Assembly: GCA_022813865.1 (NCBI GenBank)
Contig: JALDZX010000027.1
Span: 186,001-250,000, forward strand
From: Xylographa opegraphella
Taxonomy: Eukaryota
Direction: 5' to 3'
DNA length: 64,000 nt
Shown here: positions 1 to 12,391 of the stretch, one piece after another
How the letters are laid out: every line of letters starts with the position of its first letter
Numbering within the stretch: position 1 is the first letter of the stretch
The notes under the pieces: generated by a model
The model's database searches: none
The model's input: the letters and a program-made list of their open reading frames with translations, nothing else
Told to the model about the DNA's origin: nothing
Translations under genes and position numbers: made by a program

Positions 1-82
1 TATTGAGAATGTCTGTGCTACCTAAGGACAAACATCGTTCAAATGGCCGTTGGAGTGGGGCTGACCTTACATGTGCTTGCAG

Positions 83-2004
83 GAAATGGAGAAGTTCAAG
101 GCCGTAGAGAAGGAGATGAAAACTAAAGCTTTCTCCAAGACCGGCTTGTCTGCCGCGGCTAAGCTGGATCCAAAAGAAAGGGAAAAACTAGACGCTTGTC
201 AATTCTTGTCAGACATGGTTGACTCTCTAGAACGGCAGATCGAGACGTTAGAAGCGGAGGAAGAAGCGCTACAAGCGACTGTAAAGAAGGGGAAAAAGGA
301 CACTGGGAAGTCGGATCGGCTTTCGGAAATAACACGTCTGACAGAGAGGCACAAATGGCACCAGGGGAAGCTCGAACTCCTGCTTAGAGCCCTCGAAAAT
401 GGAAACGTGGAGACGGAACAGGTGAATGATCTGAAAGAAAGCATCCAATACTACGTCGACGAGAATCAAACTGTAGAGTTTATGGAGGACGACACTATCT
501 ACGATGATCTCAATCTTGAACAAGAAGAAGGCGTCTGGGGAATAAATAATGATGGTGATCGGTTATCATCGCAGGATGCTCAATCGATACAAGACGATCT
601 TCCAGAGACTGCAGACGGACGAGGCTCGGGCAATGGAACCGGGAAATCCAAGGCGGCATCTATATCTGACCCGCAGACATCGCAAACAAGGAGACCATCT
701 AATCAGCTCAAGTCTCCATTACCTGCTCTTGCTACACTTCACACCTCCCTACCTAGTACGACAAACGGAATAACAACCAATACAATGAAACCAGCTCCTT
801 TGCCCACGAGACCTCCAGGCGAAACCCTCAAATATGCGTCTGCCGCAGCGGCTGCGGCCGTAAGCGACAAGAATGCTTTAGGAATTGCACCATTGCCACC
901 TCCGCCTGGAGCTGCCGCCGCTGCCGCAGGTAGCGGAAGTACTAGTCTCTCGCCTTCAGTACCAGCCGCTGTTTTGAAAGCCAGTGCATCGCCATCCCCA
1001 AGCGTGGTACCATCCTTACCCGCAAGCGTTGATCATACATCGACACAGAAGCCTCCTACTCCTAGTACTTCTGTTCCGGACACGATATCACACAGCCTAA
1101 CTCAGGCCAAATCACCCACTCTCAGTCACGTAAGCACAGCAGCATCGACTAGCGTTCCCAACAGCATTCCACCAACTCCTGCACTAGAGAAGGCCGAAAA
1201 TGCTCTTCCACCGCTGCCAGCGTCGAAAATATCACCACCACAGCCTAGTGTACGAGAAGAAAAGGAACCTTCACCCGAGCCCGAACAGCCCAAAACTCCG
1301 CCCCAGCTTCCATCAAGAAACATCGCTGTACGAGCGAATGGTGACTCGCAAGTCGAACCAGAAGACGAGTCGATATATCATCTCCCGCCTGGTCTACAGG
1401 ATTTGATACAGTCGTTCGAAGTCACAAAAGCTAGGGCGACGTCTACCTCATCATATTCTGCGCAACGCCTTCTCGCTGCGTCACATGCCACATGCCCAGA
1501 TGTTTTCGACGGTGAAAAACCGCGGCACTACACACCACAGACCAGATACAACACTCCTCGATTCTACCCGCAAGAACCGTCGATGATAATTGACGATCCT
1601 AACCTTTATGGAAAGATAGATACAGATACACTGTTCTACATTTTCTACTATCGCCAAGGCACCTATCAGCAGTACCTGGCGGCAAAGTCCCTAAAAACAC
1701 AGAGCTGGCGTTTCCACAAACAATACCAGACTTGGTTTCAAAGGCACGAAGAACCAAAGAACATAACGGAAGAGTATGAGCAAGGCACGTATCGATTTTT
1801 CGATTACGAGAGCACATGGTATGACAGAATCTAATTTTACCATATAAGCGAAGCGGATATGCTCTTCATATGGAGCTACTCCCTTCTTCCGATTGTTGTC
1901 TTAGCAGTAGAAGACAACGGCTAACACCGGTACTCTTTGACAGGATGAATCGTCGGAAAGCTGAGTTTAAATTCGCATACAAATTTTTAGAGGATGATCT
2001 GTGA
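83..2004 (+). CDS. NOT3: CCR4-NOT complex subunit Not3/Not5 (5' exons lie upstream of the window)
   Basis: N-terminal Not3 coiled coil (EMEKFKAVEKEMKTKAFSK...HKWHQGKLE) and C-terminal NOT2/3/5 box (DTLFYIFYY...SWRFHKQYQTWFQRHEEPK...GTYRFFDYESTW). Exon begins after CTGAC..CAG at 83. Intron 1819-1943 (GTATGA..CTAAC..CAG) joins last exon (W)MNRRKAEFKFAYKFLEDDL*. Confidence 0.95.
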
Positions 2005-3338
2005 TTAGCGCGGCGTCCTGAGGTTCAGACTTTTGGGCAGTCTTGTGGCGCAACAGCTCGGCATCCTACCATATGGGGAAGGTGGAGCAGCGAAGAGCTC
2101 TGTGTGGTCCACGTTAACCTGATGATTATCAATTAGGTTTTTGTGACCACTGTAGTGCCTTCAAGTTACTTGTGTGCATCTGCCCGATATGCGTGTCAAT
2201 CCTGCCGTGCCTGAAAGCTGCGACACGGCGCTCGCGGCAGTATAGCAGCGATCCCAAAGTCCTTGACGTGGCCCCTTCGCTCTAAGAGCCTATGTTTAGC
2301 ACATGTAACGTTGCACAAAAATGACTGTACTGTTGACAAGAAGAAATCCTCATTCGTAGATCTTCGCCCTCCAGATATTGAGTTGGGTGGCTCATGATTC
2401 ACAAAGAACTTCAGCTTACGGGGTGTCTCAGCTGTTCCAAATTCATACCAATCCCCTAACTCATTAAACAGCTCATCATGAGCGTCCGAACGTGGCACCG
2501 CAATCAGTAGAGCAGTAGTGGCTCTTTCAGCATGCAAAGCCGTTTGACTGCCTCAGCCCCTGAATGTTCGGGATCCCGGAAGAACCTTTCGGTGCGGTGA
2601 TCCCGTCCAAGAGGATCGGATAATCAATGTCCCGGTTCGATCGTGTGTGTGTTCAATGGGGATGACCCCCGCTAGATCCCCATGTCGTTGGAGCCTCGAA
2701 TATAATCTCTAAATCCTCCATGGGTCAAGGACCTCGGAACCCTGTGGCATTAGCCAGCCAGGGATAGGGAATTCAATCTCTCTAGTTTGATTCATCCTTG
2801 CTTTGAGACCTTTCTTCTTGCTTTGCTGACCGAGACATCGCGGGAGATCTCCAGCTTTGTGAAAGTTTATATATTGGACCACCCTGCCATCGTACTCCAC
2901 AGGTCCCCCTCCGATCAACCCACAGCTCCGAACGTGCTCTAGCTACTCGCTTTATCTGGTTGGGAACCTTGACTTTTGTGACCTCTGCCATGTACAGTTC
3001 CCGTCCTGCGCTGGTCGGATTTTGGAAGACTGACAACTTTATTCGTGCATCTATAGCTATATTTTCAGCGCCTGAAGTCTGTTCCTTTAGAGCTGATCGA
3101 CCCGCTTTGCTATCTTGTAGCGCTTCTACTTCGTCTTGGTTTCCGATCGCAACGGTACACGGGGATACATGGGCGGCCTAATACCTTGTCGCTGAATGTT
3201 CGCATGCGGAAAAATTGCACCTTTCCTCCGCCCCAGGTTGGACCTGCGCCGATGTATATGAGTGGAAGGGCTCCTTCGAATATGGGCTCATGATTGCAAT
3301 TCAGGTTTCCCGCAATCAGAGGTCTGCGCAATATAACC

Positions 3339-6300
3339 ATGGAGTCTCGACGCCGGAATGGTGGCAGTAAACGGAATTCCATTGTGTTTGATCAACAAAG
3401 CCAACCTATCCAACGTCAAGCAAGCAAGAAGGTGTCGTCCACGGACAAGGATAGTCGAACTTACAACGAGGCATTTGCTGGCAATACAGTCAGGGCTGTG
3501 ACACCTGAGCCACCGCGGAAGGGAATCTCCAGCGGACCACATACCATATCTCCACTGTTATCCTCGTTCAATACTACGTCTCCCGTATCTCCAGGAAGGG
3601 AACTAAGGGATGGACCTTCTCGAGATCATCGTCCGGAGCAAAGCGTTGAGAATAGCGGGTACTCATCGCGAAGTCTGACGGACTCAATATCCCGCCCCAG
3701 AACAAGAACCTTGGAAGAGAGGATCCGAGATCGATCTCCTACGTCTCTGTTCTCTAAAACTCGAAGTCGACTCGGCTCACTGCAGTCTGTGGCTCCCCCT
3801 AGCCTTTTAGAGATCAATGATTCCAATTCCTCGATTGGCTTCCCGTCTATTGCTTCAACTCCATCCCAACCCAGTCGCCAGCGTCTTGTCAAGGCTCCTC
3901 CACGAGCGCTTTCCCCACTACAAAATTTGCCATTCACAAACCGATCGACGCCTCAACCCAGTCCAACAATGGATACAAACAAGATTCTGCAGCTTATGAA
4001 AACAACCTGTGGCAGGATGCACGGCATTCTATCCTTTCGTACGACTAGATCAGGTGCCTGGTCTTCGGGCTATTGCGCTATCAATGTTGCAACGGGCAGT
4101 CTTATCTATCAGTTGAAGGGCGAGGTATCACACTCAAAGACCCTTATCCCTGATCTTCGTGGCTGCAAAGTAAGGACCCAATTAGATGGAGAATCCCGGA
4201 CGACCTTCCTCGATGTGTCCACTCACAACTCCGGGTTAGGCATTCACCTTCGTCCCCACGTTTTGGAGACATTCGATTCATGGCTGGCAGCTCTTCTTTG
4301 CTGGCAGCCTATCAGACCGAAAGGGTCCCAGAATAAGATGACTAAGCCTCAAGCCATGGTACTGCCAGAGAGAAGGCCTGGAGAGCGTAAGCGAAATTCC
4401 GCAATGAACGGTCCGAAGGATGTATCCATCATCAAGGTCGGTAAAATGCTCTTTTGGGACCATGAACCCAGGCAAGATGCTTCTCGATTTGAAAAAAGAA
4501 TGTCGACTTATAAGCAGCAAAGAAGTGCTTCAGGTACTTCTTGGCGCAAAGTATCAGGTACACTTCAGGAGAATGGACATTTCAAACTGTTCTGGGAAAC
4601 CGACACAAGGACCATCTCCATGATTCCTCTTTGTTCTCTGTCTAGATATGCTGTGCAACGCCTGGATCCTTCCGTATTAGACGATGAATTTTGCCTTGCT
4701 ATATATCCGCAATATACGACTCCCAATGCTTCTATACCCCCTATGCGTCCTATATACCTATCGATGGAATCTCGCGTGCTTTTCGAAGTCTGGTTCGTAC
4801 TATTGAGAGCGTTTACAATTCCGGAGTTATATGGTCCAGAACAGCCTCTGGGCCAAGCTGAGACGGGTCGGAGTACTCCTGCGTTAAGTTGTAACTCAAG
4901 TGCTGCTACGAACATGTTCAGGGTTGAGAAGAACTTGTCCATGAGGATAATCGAGGCTAAAATGCACGCACCCAGAGAGTCAGACAATCTCGTCACTCAT
5001 GCAGTACCACGGACAGGGAGCTCCCACGGACAAGACTGGATTGTAGGTGACTATCATGCTGAGGTAAGTCTTGATGGTGAATTTCGAGCACGAACTGCTG
5101 TCAAAACGGGTACCAGCAATCCATTTTGGCGTGAGGATTATGAGTTCACGGATTTACCACCTGTGATATCAAGCGCTTCCGTAGTGATCAAGTCCAGACA
5201 CCTGGGGCAGAAAGACTGGACGCTTATAACGCACTATGCTAATACAAATGAGCATAATTTGGGCGAGGGTGGAGATATTGAGATCTCGCCTCTCGACACA
5301 ATGTACGGTACTGTTGACTTACGACTTGATGATCTAGAACGAGGGAAGGACAAAGAACGTTGGTGGCCTATTTGCAATGACCATGATGAAAAGGTTGGAG
5401 AACTGTTGATGAAGGTACGGACCGAGGAAATCGTTGTCCTAATGTCTCAGGATTACCAGCAACTATCGGAACTACTTCATACCTTCTCAAATGCGGTGAC
5501 TCATCAGATTGGGGCCACCAATCCCACGGAACTTCGAAGATTACCTGAGACGCTTCTAAATATATATCAAGTATCGGGACATGCAAGTAATTGGTTGATG
5601 TCGCTCGTGGAGGAGGAGATCGATGGTATTCACAAGGAATCCTCAGTGTCCCGATTCCGCTACTCGAGACGAATTGCTTCAAACGACTCGTTTGACTCTG
5701 GCATCGAGCGCGAATTGATCTTACGTGACTTGGGAAAATCTGCTACCGTGGAAGCAAACTTACTGTTTCGTGGCAATTCATTGTTGACGAAAGCGTTCGA
5801 TCTACATATGCGACGACTCGGCAAGGAGTACCTTGAAGAGACCTTGAGCGAGAGACTTCGGGATATCGATGAGAGTGATCCGGATTGTGAAGTGGACCCA
5901 AATCGTGTCAGGCAAAAGGAGGATTTGCAACGAAATTGGCGGAACATTATTGCGTTGACGGAAGCTGTATGGAAAGCAATTGCTGCGTCTGCGAGTCGCT
6001 GTCCTTCCGAACTCCGGATGATCTTTCGACACATACGAGCTTGCGCCGAGGATCGCTACGGTGATTTCCTGCGGACTGTTGCATATAGCAGTGTATCTGG
6101 GTTCCTTTTTCTTCGATTTTTCTGTCCGGCCGTGCTGAATCCGAAGTTATTCGGCTTGCTCAAAGGTATGTGTCCTCGAGGCGCTTTCGTCCGAGCATTA
6201 CGTGCGCGACCTAACCGTATCAACAGATCATCCTCGTCCCCGTGCTCAACGTAGTTTGACCCTCATCGCCAAAGCTCTGCAAACTCTCGCCAACATGACC

Positions 6301-7428
6301 AGCTTCGGTAGCAAGGAGCCATGGATGGAACCGATGAACGCATTTTTGACCACCCATCGCCAAGATTTCAAAGAGTTCATCGACGCAGTTTGTAGTATCA
6401 GCTCCGAGCGCAGCACCACCGCCATCCCACCCTCATACGCCGCACCAATAACCATACTCAGCAGACTGCCCGCCACCAGCCGTGAAGGCTTTCCCAGCCT
6501 CCCGTACCTCATCGACCAAGCGCGAGAATTTGCGGTCCTGGTAGACATGTGGATCGAGGCCCGCGACGAGAAAGCGCTCGAAGCAGCCAGCGAAGAGATC
6601 AGAACGTTCGATTATCTCTGCGAAGAGCTCCTCCTTCGCACGCGGGACTGCCTGAACCAAGCAGAGCAGGCGGAACGGCCGAGCGGCACGCTCGAGGTCA
6701 AGTGGGAAGAGCTCATCGAGCAGATGGACCGGCGCGCCAAAGTGCCCGCGTCCTTTGCGTCCGAAGGCTCCGTTTCCTCCTCGGCAGCCTCCCCCCTCAC
6801 CGCCTCCTCCCAGGGCCGGGCATCGCCCCTCCCCGTTCCCAAAGCCGTCACTTCCCCCCGCCTCGGCCGCGCCGCGCCCCTCACGCCCATCACCCACCCG
6901 CGCCGCCGCCTTACCGAGTCCTCCACCCGCTCCTCCCGCACCCGCACCACCACCACCACCACCACCTCGTCCAACAGCTCCACCACCTCCTCCACCACCC
7001 GGCCCTCCACGGCCGCCACCTCCCGCCCGGCACGCTACCACACCACCAACGCCTCCGTCTACCCCCGCACGCTCGCCTCCCCGGGCTCGCACCACTCCCG
7101 CTCCTCCTCGGACGCCGAGCCCGACCTCACCCCGCCGGGCTCCTCCTCCGGCGTGTGGGACCCCGGCACCGAGAGCACCACCGCCGGCTTTCCGTCCCAC
7201 GCCCTGCACTGGAACGACAACGAGCCCGAGGACGAGGACGCGCCGAGGGTGCCGCTGGAGTGGGGCGCTGCGGGCGCCCTTGAGTCTGCGAGCCCGGATG
7301 GCGCTGCGGGGAGGCGGTTGGTGGATGTGTGGGGCTTTCGGCGGAGGGGGTTGGGTGAGGGGGTGGGGAGGAGGCCGGGGACGGGTGGGGGTGCTGGTGG
7401 TGCTGGTGGGGGGGTGTGGAGGGGCTGA
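3339..7428 (+). CDS. BUD2: Ras GTPase-activating protein, Bud2/Cla2-like (PH-like, C2, RasGAP domains)
   Basis: RasGAP motifs LLFRGNSLLTK and SGFLFLRFFCPAVLNPKLFGL; C2-type motif TSNPFWREDYEF. Intron 6166-6226 (GTATGT..CTAAC..CAG) joins DHPRPRAQRSLTLIAKALQTLAN..KEPWMEPMN. First ATG at 3339. Confidence 0.9.
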
Positions 7429-7574
7429 GTTTTGGTCGATTGGATGGGATGGGATGGGATTTGATTTGATCGGATTGGATAGGCGGTGCGGGGGGTCGTG
7501 TTCTGGGGTATGGAAAAGGTGCGTCTGTGGGGGGGGGGAGGGGGGAGGGAGGAAATGAAAGAAAGAAAGAAAGG

Positions 7575-7656
7575 GAATGCGTGTGTTCGTGAGTGAGTGC
7601 GTGTGTTCGTAAGTGAGTGCGTGTGTGAGTGAGTGAGTGCGTGTATTCGTGAGTAA
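7575..7656. repeat. Degenerate GT/GA-rich minisatellite (GAGTGAGTGCGTGTGTTCGT-like units) between convergent genes
   Basis: About 4 imperfect copies are visible; nearby (GGGAT)n/(GATTT)n at ~7440-7470 and (GATT)n at ~7944-7965. Confidence 0.75.
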
Positions 7657-8187
7657 GCAAGGCCGGACGTATATCATGATAGCGTTTTTCATCGGCGGGA
7701 TTCCTTTTTCACATCGCATGCTTTCGCATACTTCCCACTTCATTGGGGCGTGCGTGTGCGTTTGCGTGCTTGGTTGCCGAACCGGAGGGGCGATGACTTG
7801 TATGTGAGGTGGGGTGAGGTGGATGATGCAGCGCGTGAGTTATGGCTTCGGGGGAACTAAGGGGAGGAAAAGCTGGGGGGATTGCGGTTGGTGGCATTTA
7901 GGGGGCCAAGGAGGAGGGGTGTAGGTATTTTTGACCATGATCGATTGATTGATTGATTGATTGATAGATGGCGGAGAGGAGAGGACTTGGGAAAACGCGT
8001 TCCGCTCATGTCTAGCAATTGCAGGGGCCGCTGTGCTATTGACTGCGCCAGTGCGGCGGCATTTTTGCGTGCATCTGCGTCTCCCAATGTTCGGCGTCTA
8101 CTCCGTCGCTGTCATGAGCGTAGAGACACTTCCTCGCGCCTAACACTCCTTCTCTCGTAATCTAGCCCCCCCCGCCTCTCATCCCAT

Positions 8188-10117
8188 CTAGGAGGCAACG
8201 GCCATCGGCTCCTCGGCGACGTAGTGCAGGTACGCGCCGAGCAGCTTGGTGCCCTCGATGTAGTTCCTGCGGTCGAGCTTCTCGTTGACGGAGTGGGCGG
8301 CGTCGGTGGAGCTGCCCATGGGGAGCAGGAGGACGTTCTTGCCCGTGGCTTGCTCGAAGGTGATGGTGACGGGGATGCTGGGGGGGGGGGGGNNNNNNNN
8401 NNNNNNNNNNNNNNNNNNNNNNNNNNNNNNGGGGAGGGAGGGAGGTGCGAGGCAGGTGGACACGGTGGTAGAAGAGCAGAGCCTGTACAATATGCAGTGG
8501 GGGGAACGATGTAGCGAGCAGAAATGAGGGGGTTAGGTGCATGGCACATGGACACGACAGGAAAAGAGAGAAAGGGGGGGGGGTGCAAAAAGAGGCCAGC
8601 AAAAACATGGACATACCTGCCACCCTCACGCGTCAGATCGGGCTTCACGCCAAAGACCCTCTCGGCCGCCTTGGACGCGGCGCTGAAGTTCCAGTGCTTG
8701 GGGCTCGCGACCCACCACTTGCCCGCGTGCTGCAGCGTGCACTCCATGCGGTTCTTGCTGTTGAGCTTGCGGAACGCGCCCTCGCAGTGCCGGTACACGG
8801 CCTCGTTCACGGCCTCGATCTCCATGTCGGGCACGGTGCGGATGCTGAACTTGCCGACCACCTTGGCCGGGATGACGGTCTTGGCGCCGGGCGCGGAGAA
8901 GGCGCCTTCGACGCCGTGCACGCTGAGGGACGGGTACCGCCAGCGGGCCATGAGCGTGCGCTCCTTGTCCGGGAAGATGGACGTCTGCGAGCCGAGGGAC
9001 TCGTACAGGTTGTCCATGGTGAAGGCGATGCTGCCGTAGAGGCTCTGCTCGTCATCCGTTAGCGGCGCGACCATCTCCTTGATGCCAGCGATCTGGATCT
9101 CGCCGTTCGTGTCGACCAAGCCGCCCAACATGCGGACGAGATCCGTCATCGGTTCCTGCGCCGTGCCTCCGAAGACTCCGCTGTGCAAGTCCTGGCCCGG
9201 CCCGCTGATGGTGAGGCTGTAGTAGTTGCACCCTCGCAGGCCGTACGTCAGGCACGGCTTCTCCGTCCCGAGCCAGTAGTTGTCGCTGATGCAGACCGCA
9301 TCCGCCGTTTCGAAAAAACCTCCCTTCTTGGCCTCTTTCTCGATGAACTCGTCCAGCCCTTCACTGCCGTACTCCTCCATGCCTTCGAAACACATGAGCA
9401 GGTTGACCGGGAATTCAATGCCTGCCGCTTTGTGTGCTTGGATCACGTTCAACCATCCCAACACCGGTCCCTTGTCATCCGTGCTGCCCCGGCCGTACAT
9501 CCTTCCTTTATCATCGATTGAAAGAGCGAAAGGATCCGTGGCCCAACCGTCGTCCTTGAGGGCGGGTTGGACGTCGTAGTGGCCGTACACGAGGATCGTA
9601 CGCTTGGACGGAGACGAGCCGTAACGGGCAACGATGACAGGGGGCAATTGCAGATGGGGCTTGCCGGGTTGTGCTCCTAACGGACGAGAGTGTACTTCGG
9701 CGCCAAGATGGGTCAGCTCTGAGACCAGGAATTCGGACATCTGAACACGGGAAGTTAGCGGTGGGGTAAACTACCACGGGAGAATCATCGTCAAGACCGA
9801 CCTTGACGACATCTGGGCGACGCTCCTCGTCCGCAGAGACGGAGGGAATAGCTACAGCTTTCCGGAGTCCTGCAATATCGTCAGTATGAAGGGTATATCA
9901 GCATGATAAGATAGAGAGGTAAACGGACGCTCTATGAACGACTCCGACAAAGTGTCCACTCTAAAGCGCACTGCGTATCAGCCACGTGATGATGCTCAGC
10001 AGCTGGAATGCCTGGAACAGCAGGGCTGGAAAGAACAGCAGGGTGCCTATGCAGCAACAGAAAGTGAACAGCCAGTTGGACATACTGGGTGAAATAGCTG
10101 TCCAAGCTGGGTGCCAT
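8188..10117 (-). CDS. DUG1: Cys-Gly metallodipeptidase / cytosolic nonspecific dipeptidase (peptidase M20)
   Basis: M20 motifs [48 protein letters not shown]. Exons 10117-10086, 9960-9929, 9869-9802, 9740-8617, 8377-8188 with GT..AG introns. A possible upstream in-frame ATG lies at 10285. Confidence 0.93.
8393..8430. other. Assembly gap (N run) inside the last DUG1 intron, flanked by poly-G
   Basis: 38 N bases between G homopolymers. Confidence 0.98.
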
Positions 10118-10935
10118 GGTGCGGACGGAGGAAAGATTACGGCGAGCGGTTCGGGCAGGCGAAAGTGTTAAGCACGAGCTCGGTCGTGCAGACTTCAGAA
10201 AATGGAGAGTGAGTGGGGGAGGGTTGGGTTTAGGACGGTATTGGTACTGAAAGGCGCGGAGGTTGATGGCCAACAGGCGGGGCATTGATTTATAGTGATG
10301 ATCTTGTCGTGACAGCTTTGCTGTTCTCCAGCCCCACTTCGCTAAGATATGCTTGCCCTAAAAGTACCAGCTGCCCTGCCCGATAACATACCCCTTAACC
10401 ACATCTCCCTTCCAAGCTTCAACATCCTGCCCACACACAAGGGTACGCCCGTCGCGAAATACGGCCTGTGACTAAACCTCCACCCTGCCTCATCCTCCTA
10501 CGCCCCTCCCATCAACACAATCTACAGTAGTATACAGCATCTTGGAAGAAAACTAGATGCTCAACAATATAAACTACAACCGCACGACAAAGCGGGCCCC
10601 GAAGCACAAGATCACGTCGGTCCCAAACGCGCAAGTTAAAAAGTTGGGAAGCTATAAAAGGTCCGCATGCTCTTCCGTGCATACTCCATATATGTCTGAA
10701 GCCGCTAGCAGCGGCACCATCTGTGAGGTACAGAATAGGAAAGCGAAAGATCGGACAGGGAAATCGCCAGCACTTGGCCTGAATAGATGGTGAAGGAATA
10801 AAATCGTGAAGCCCATTTCCGGATTCCCAAAGCTTTCCGGCCGGTTTCCCCCTATTTTCCAGGATTCGCGCAACGCCATCAAAAGGAACCCCCATATACC
10901 TCCAAATGATAAAAACGCCGAAGAAGCTTCGTCAG

Positions 10936-12391
10936 CTAGGGCGTTCCTGCGATATGGGTATCCGAAAACGGTCCGGCATCGTCGTCTTTTTTCAGATAGC
11001 TGCCCAAACCCCCATGGCGGGGTTCCCGCATGGCCCGCCTGGTCGCCTCCTCGATGATCTGATTCAAGCTGGAAGACTTCTTGTGCTTGTGTTTCGATCC
11101 GGCTTTCGAGACGCTTGCTCCGGCCGGCCTCGTGCCGCTTCGGAAATCCGGGGTGATGAATGGCACCCCTTCGGAAGGTGAGATCGGACTGTCATCTTGG
11201 ATCACAGTCGTGGCATCCGAGCGTCGATTGTGAACGTTCAGACCTTGGAGTGCGCGATGGCGGGATCTTTCTTCGTCGCTCGATTCGTCGTTGAATGTCG
11301 ACGAGTTGTTGCTATACTGAGGGCTAGCATTCTGTGACCGGCGGTCTGGAGGTGCGATTAACGGAGTTTCGGACCGCTCGCTTCCCGACAACTCATAGAC
11401 CTGATCGGTTGGATAGACACCATTTTTACTGACGGTGACCGCCTTGGGTGTTGCCATCCGCCCCACGATAGAACTCTTGGCGTTGAGCTGGAATTGCGCT
11501 TGTTTTGGCCGGGTGAGCGAGGGCATCGGCGGAGTCGAGGTCCTCGAAAGCTGAGTCGGACTGCTTTTGCTGCTCGACTTGACACTAACAGGGACCGCTT
11601 TGCCCATGGTGGCCGTCCGGGCGGGCACAGGGTCCACCACGGCGTTATTGCGATAAATGGTGGTCGCAACGCTGTTCCTCGCCATGCTCGTTCGGTTGGT
11701 GTACCCAGAATACGTCGAGTCCCGCAGGTCGCTCGGCATGAAGAAATGCTGATCCTGCCCTCGAATGGGTGGACTGGAGCGGAGGGACGAGATGGGCGAA
11801 GCGGCAGGGATGGGAGGAACCGGAGGGATCAGCTCCGGCGAAGACTCGATGGATCGATTGGTGACTCCTGGAATATAAGCGATCTGGATGATGTTTGACG
11901 CCCGAGTATAAACCGAGGCAATCGAGCCGAGGGTATGCGTCGAGGCTCTGGCATCCCTCTGTAAAGAAAACTGATCGCCTCCCTTCTCGACCCCACTGGA
12001 TTCGTCCGGCCATGTGTCGTCGAACTCCTGTCTACGCTTCTTGATACAGAATCTCCAGACCAAAAAGGTTATTATGACAATGGCTGCAATACCTCCAATC
12101 ACACCCCCCGCGATTGGTCCAGCGGCCGACCCGGAATTGGAATTGCTCGATGCGGACGGGTTGATGGACTGCTCGGGGATGCAGGTTGTAGATGCACATG
12201 AGCTGCAGGATTGACTTGTAATTTGACATAAGTTGCCTGAAGGACAAGTCGGACAGGCAGGTTGTGCATTCGGACAATAGACACATCGTCGGAACAAGGT
12301 GCGTAAGGAGTCTTCGAGGCCTGGATGTCAGGTCAGCATCACGTTACGACCATATCGGAGGGTTCATTGTACCACTGTTCACGGGCTCCAT
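10936..12391 (-). CDS. OPY2: Opy2-like single-pass membrane anchor (HOG/filamentation signalling)
   Basis: N-terminal Cys-rich Opy2 domain CVYCP..CPTCPSG..CQITSQSC..CAS..C, TM helix (IAGGVIGGIAAIVIITFLVWRFC), conserved TRASNIIQIAYIPGV and SDLRDS. Short first exon ATG at 12391 (MEPVNS-G), intron ~12372-12321. Confidence 0.88.

Noticed and set aside
6433..7743. Long antisense and alternative-frame ORFs (436, 267, 244 aa) over the RasGAP 3' end
   Set aside because: Stop-poor shadows of extreme GC content and microsatellites; the same applies to antisense ORFs at 8.5-9.0, 23.0-23.9 and 54.4-57.1 kb.
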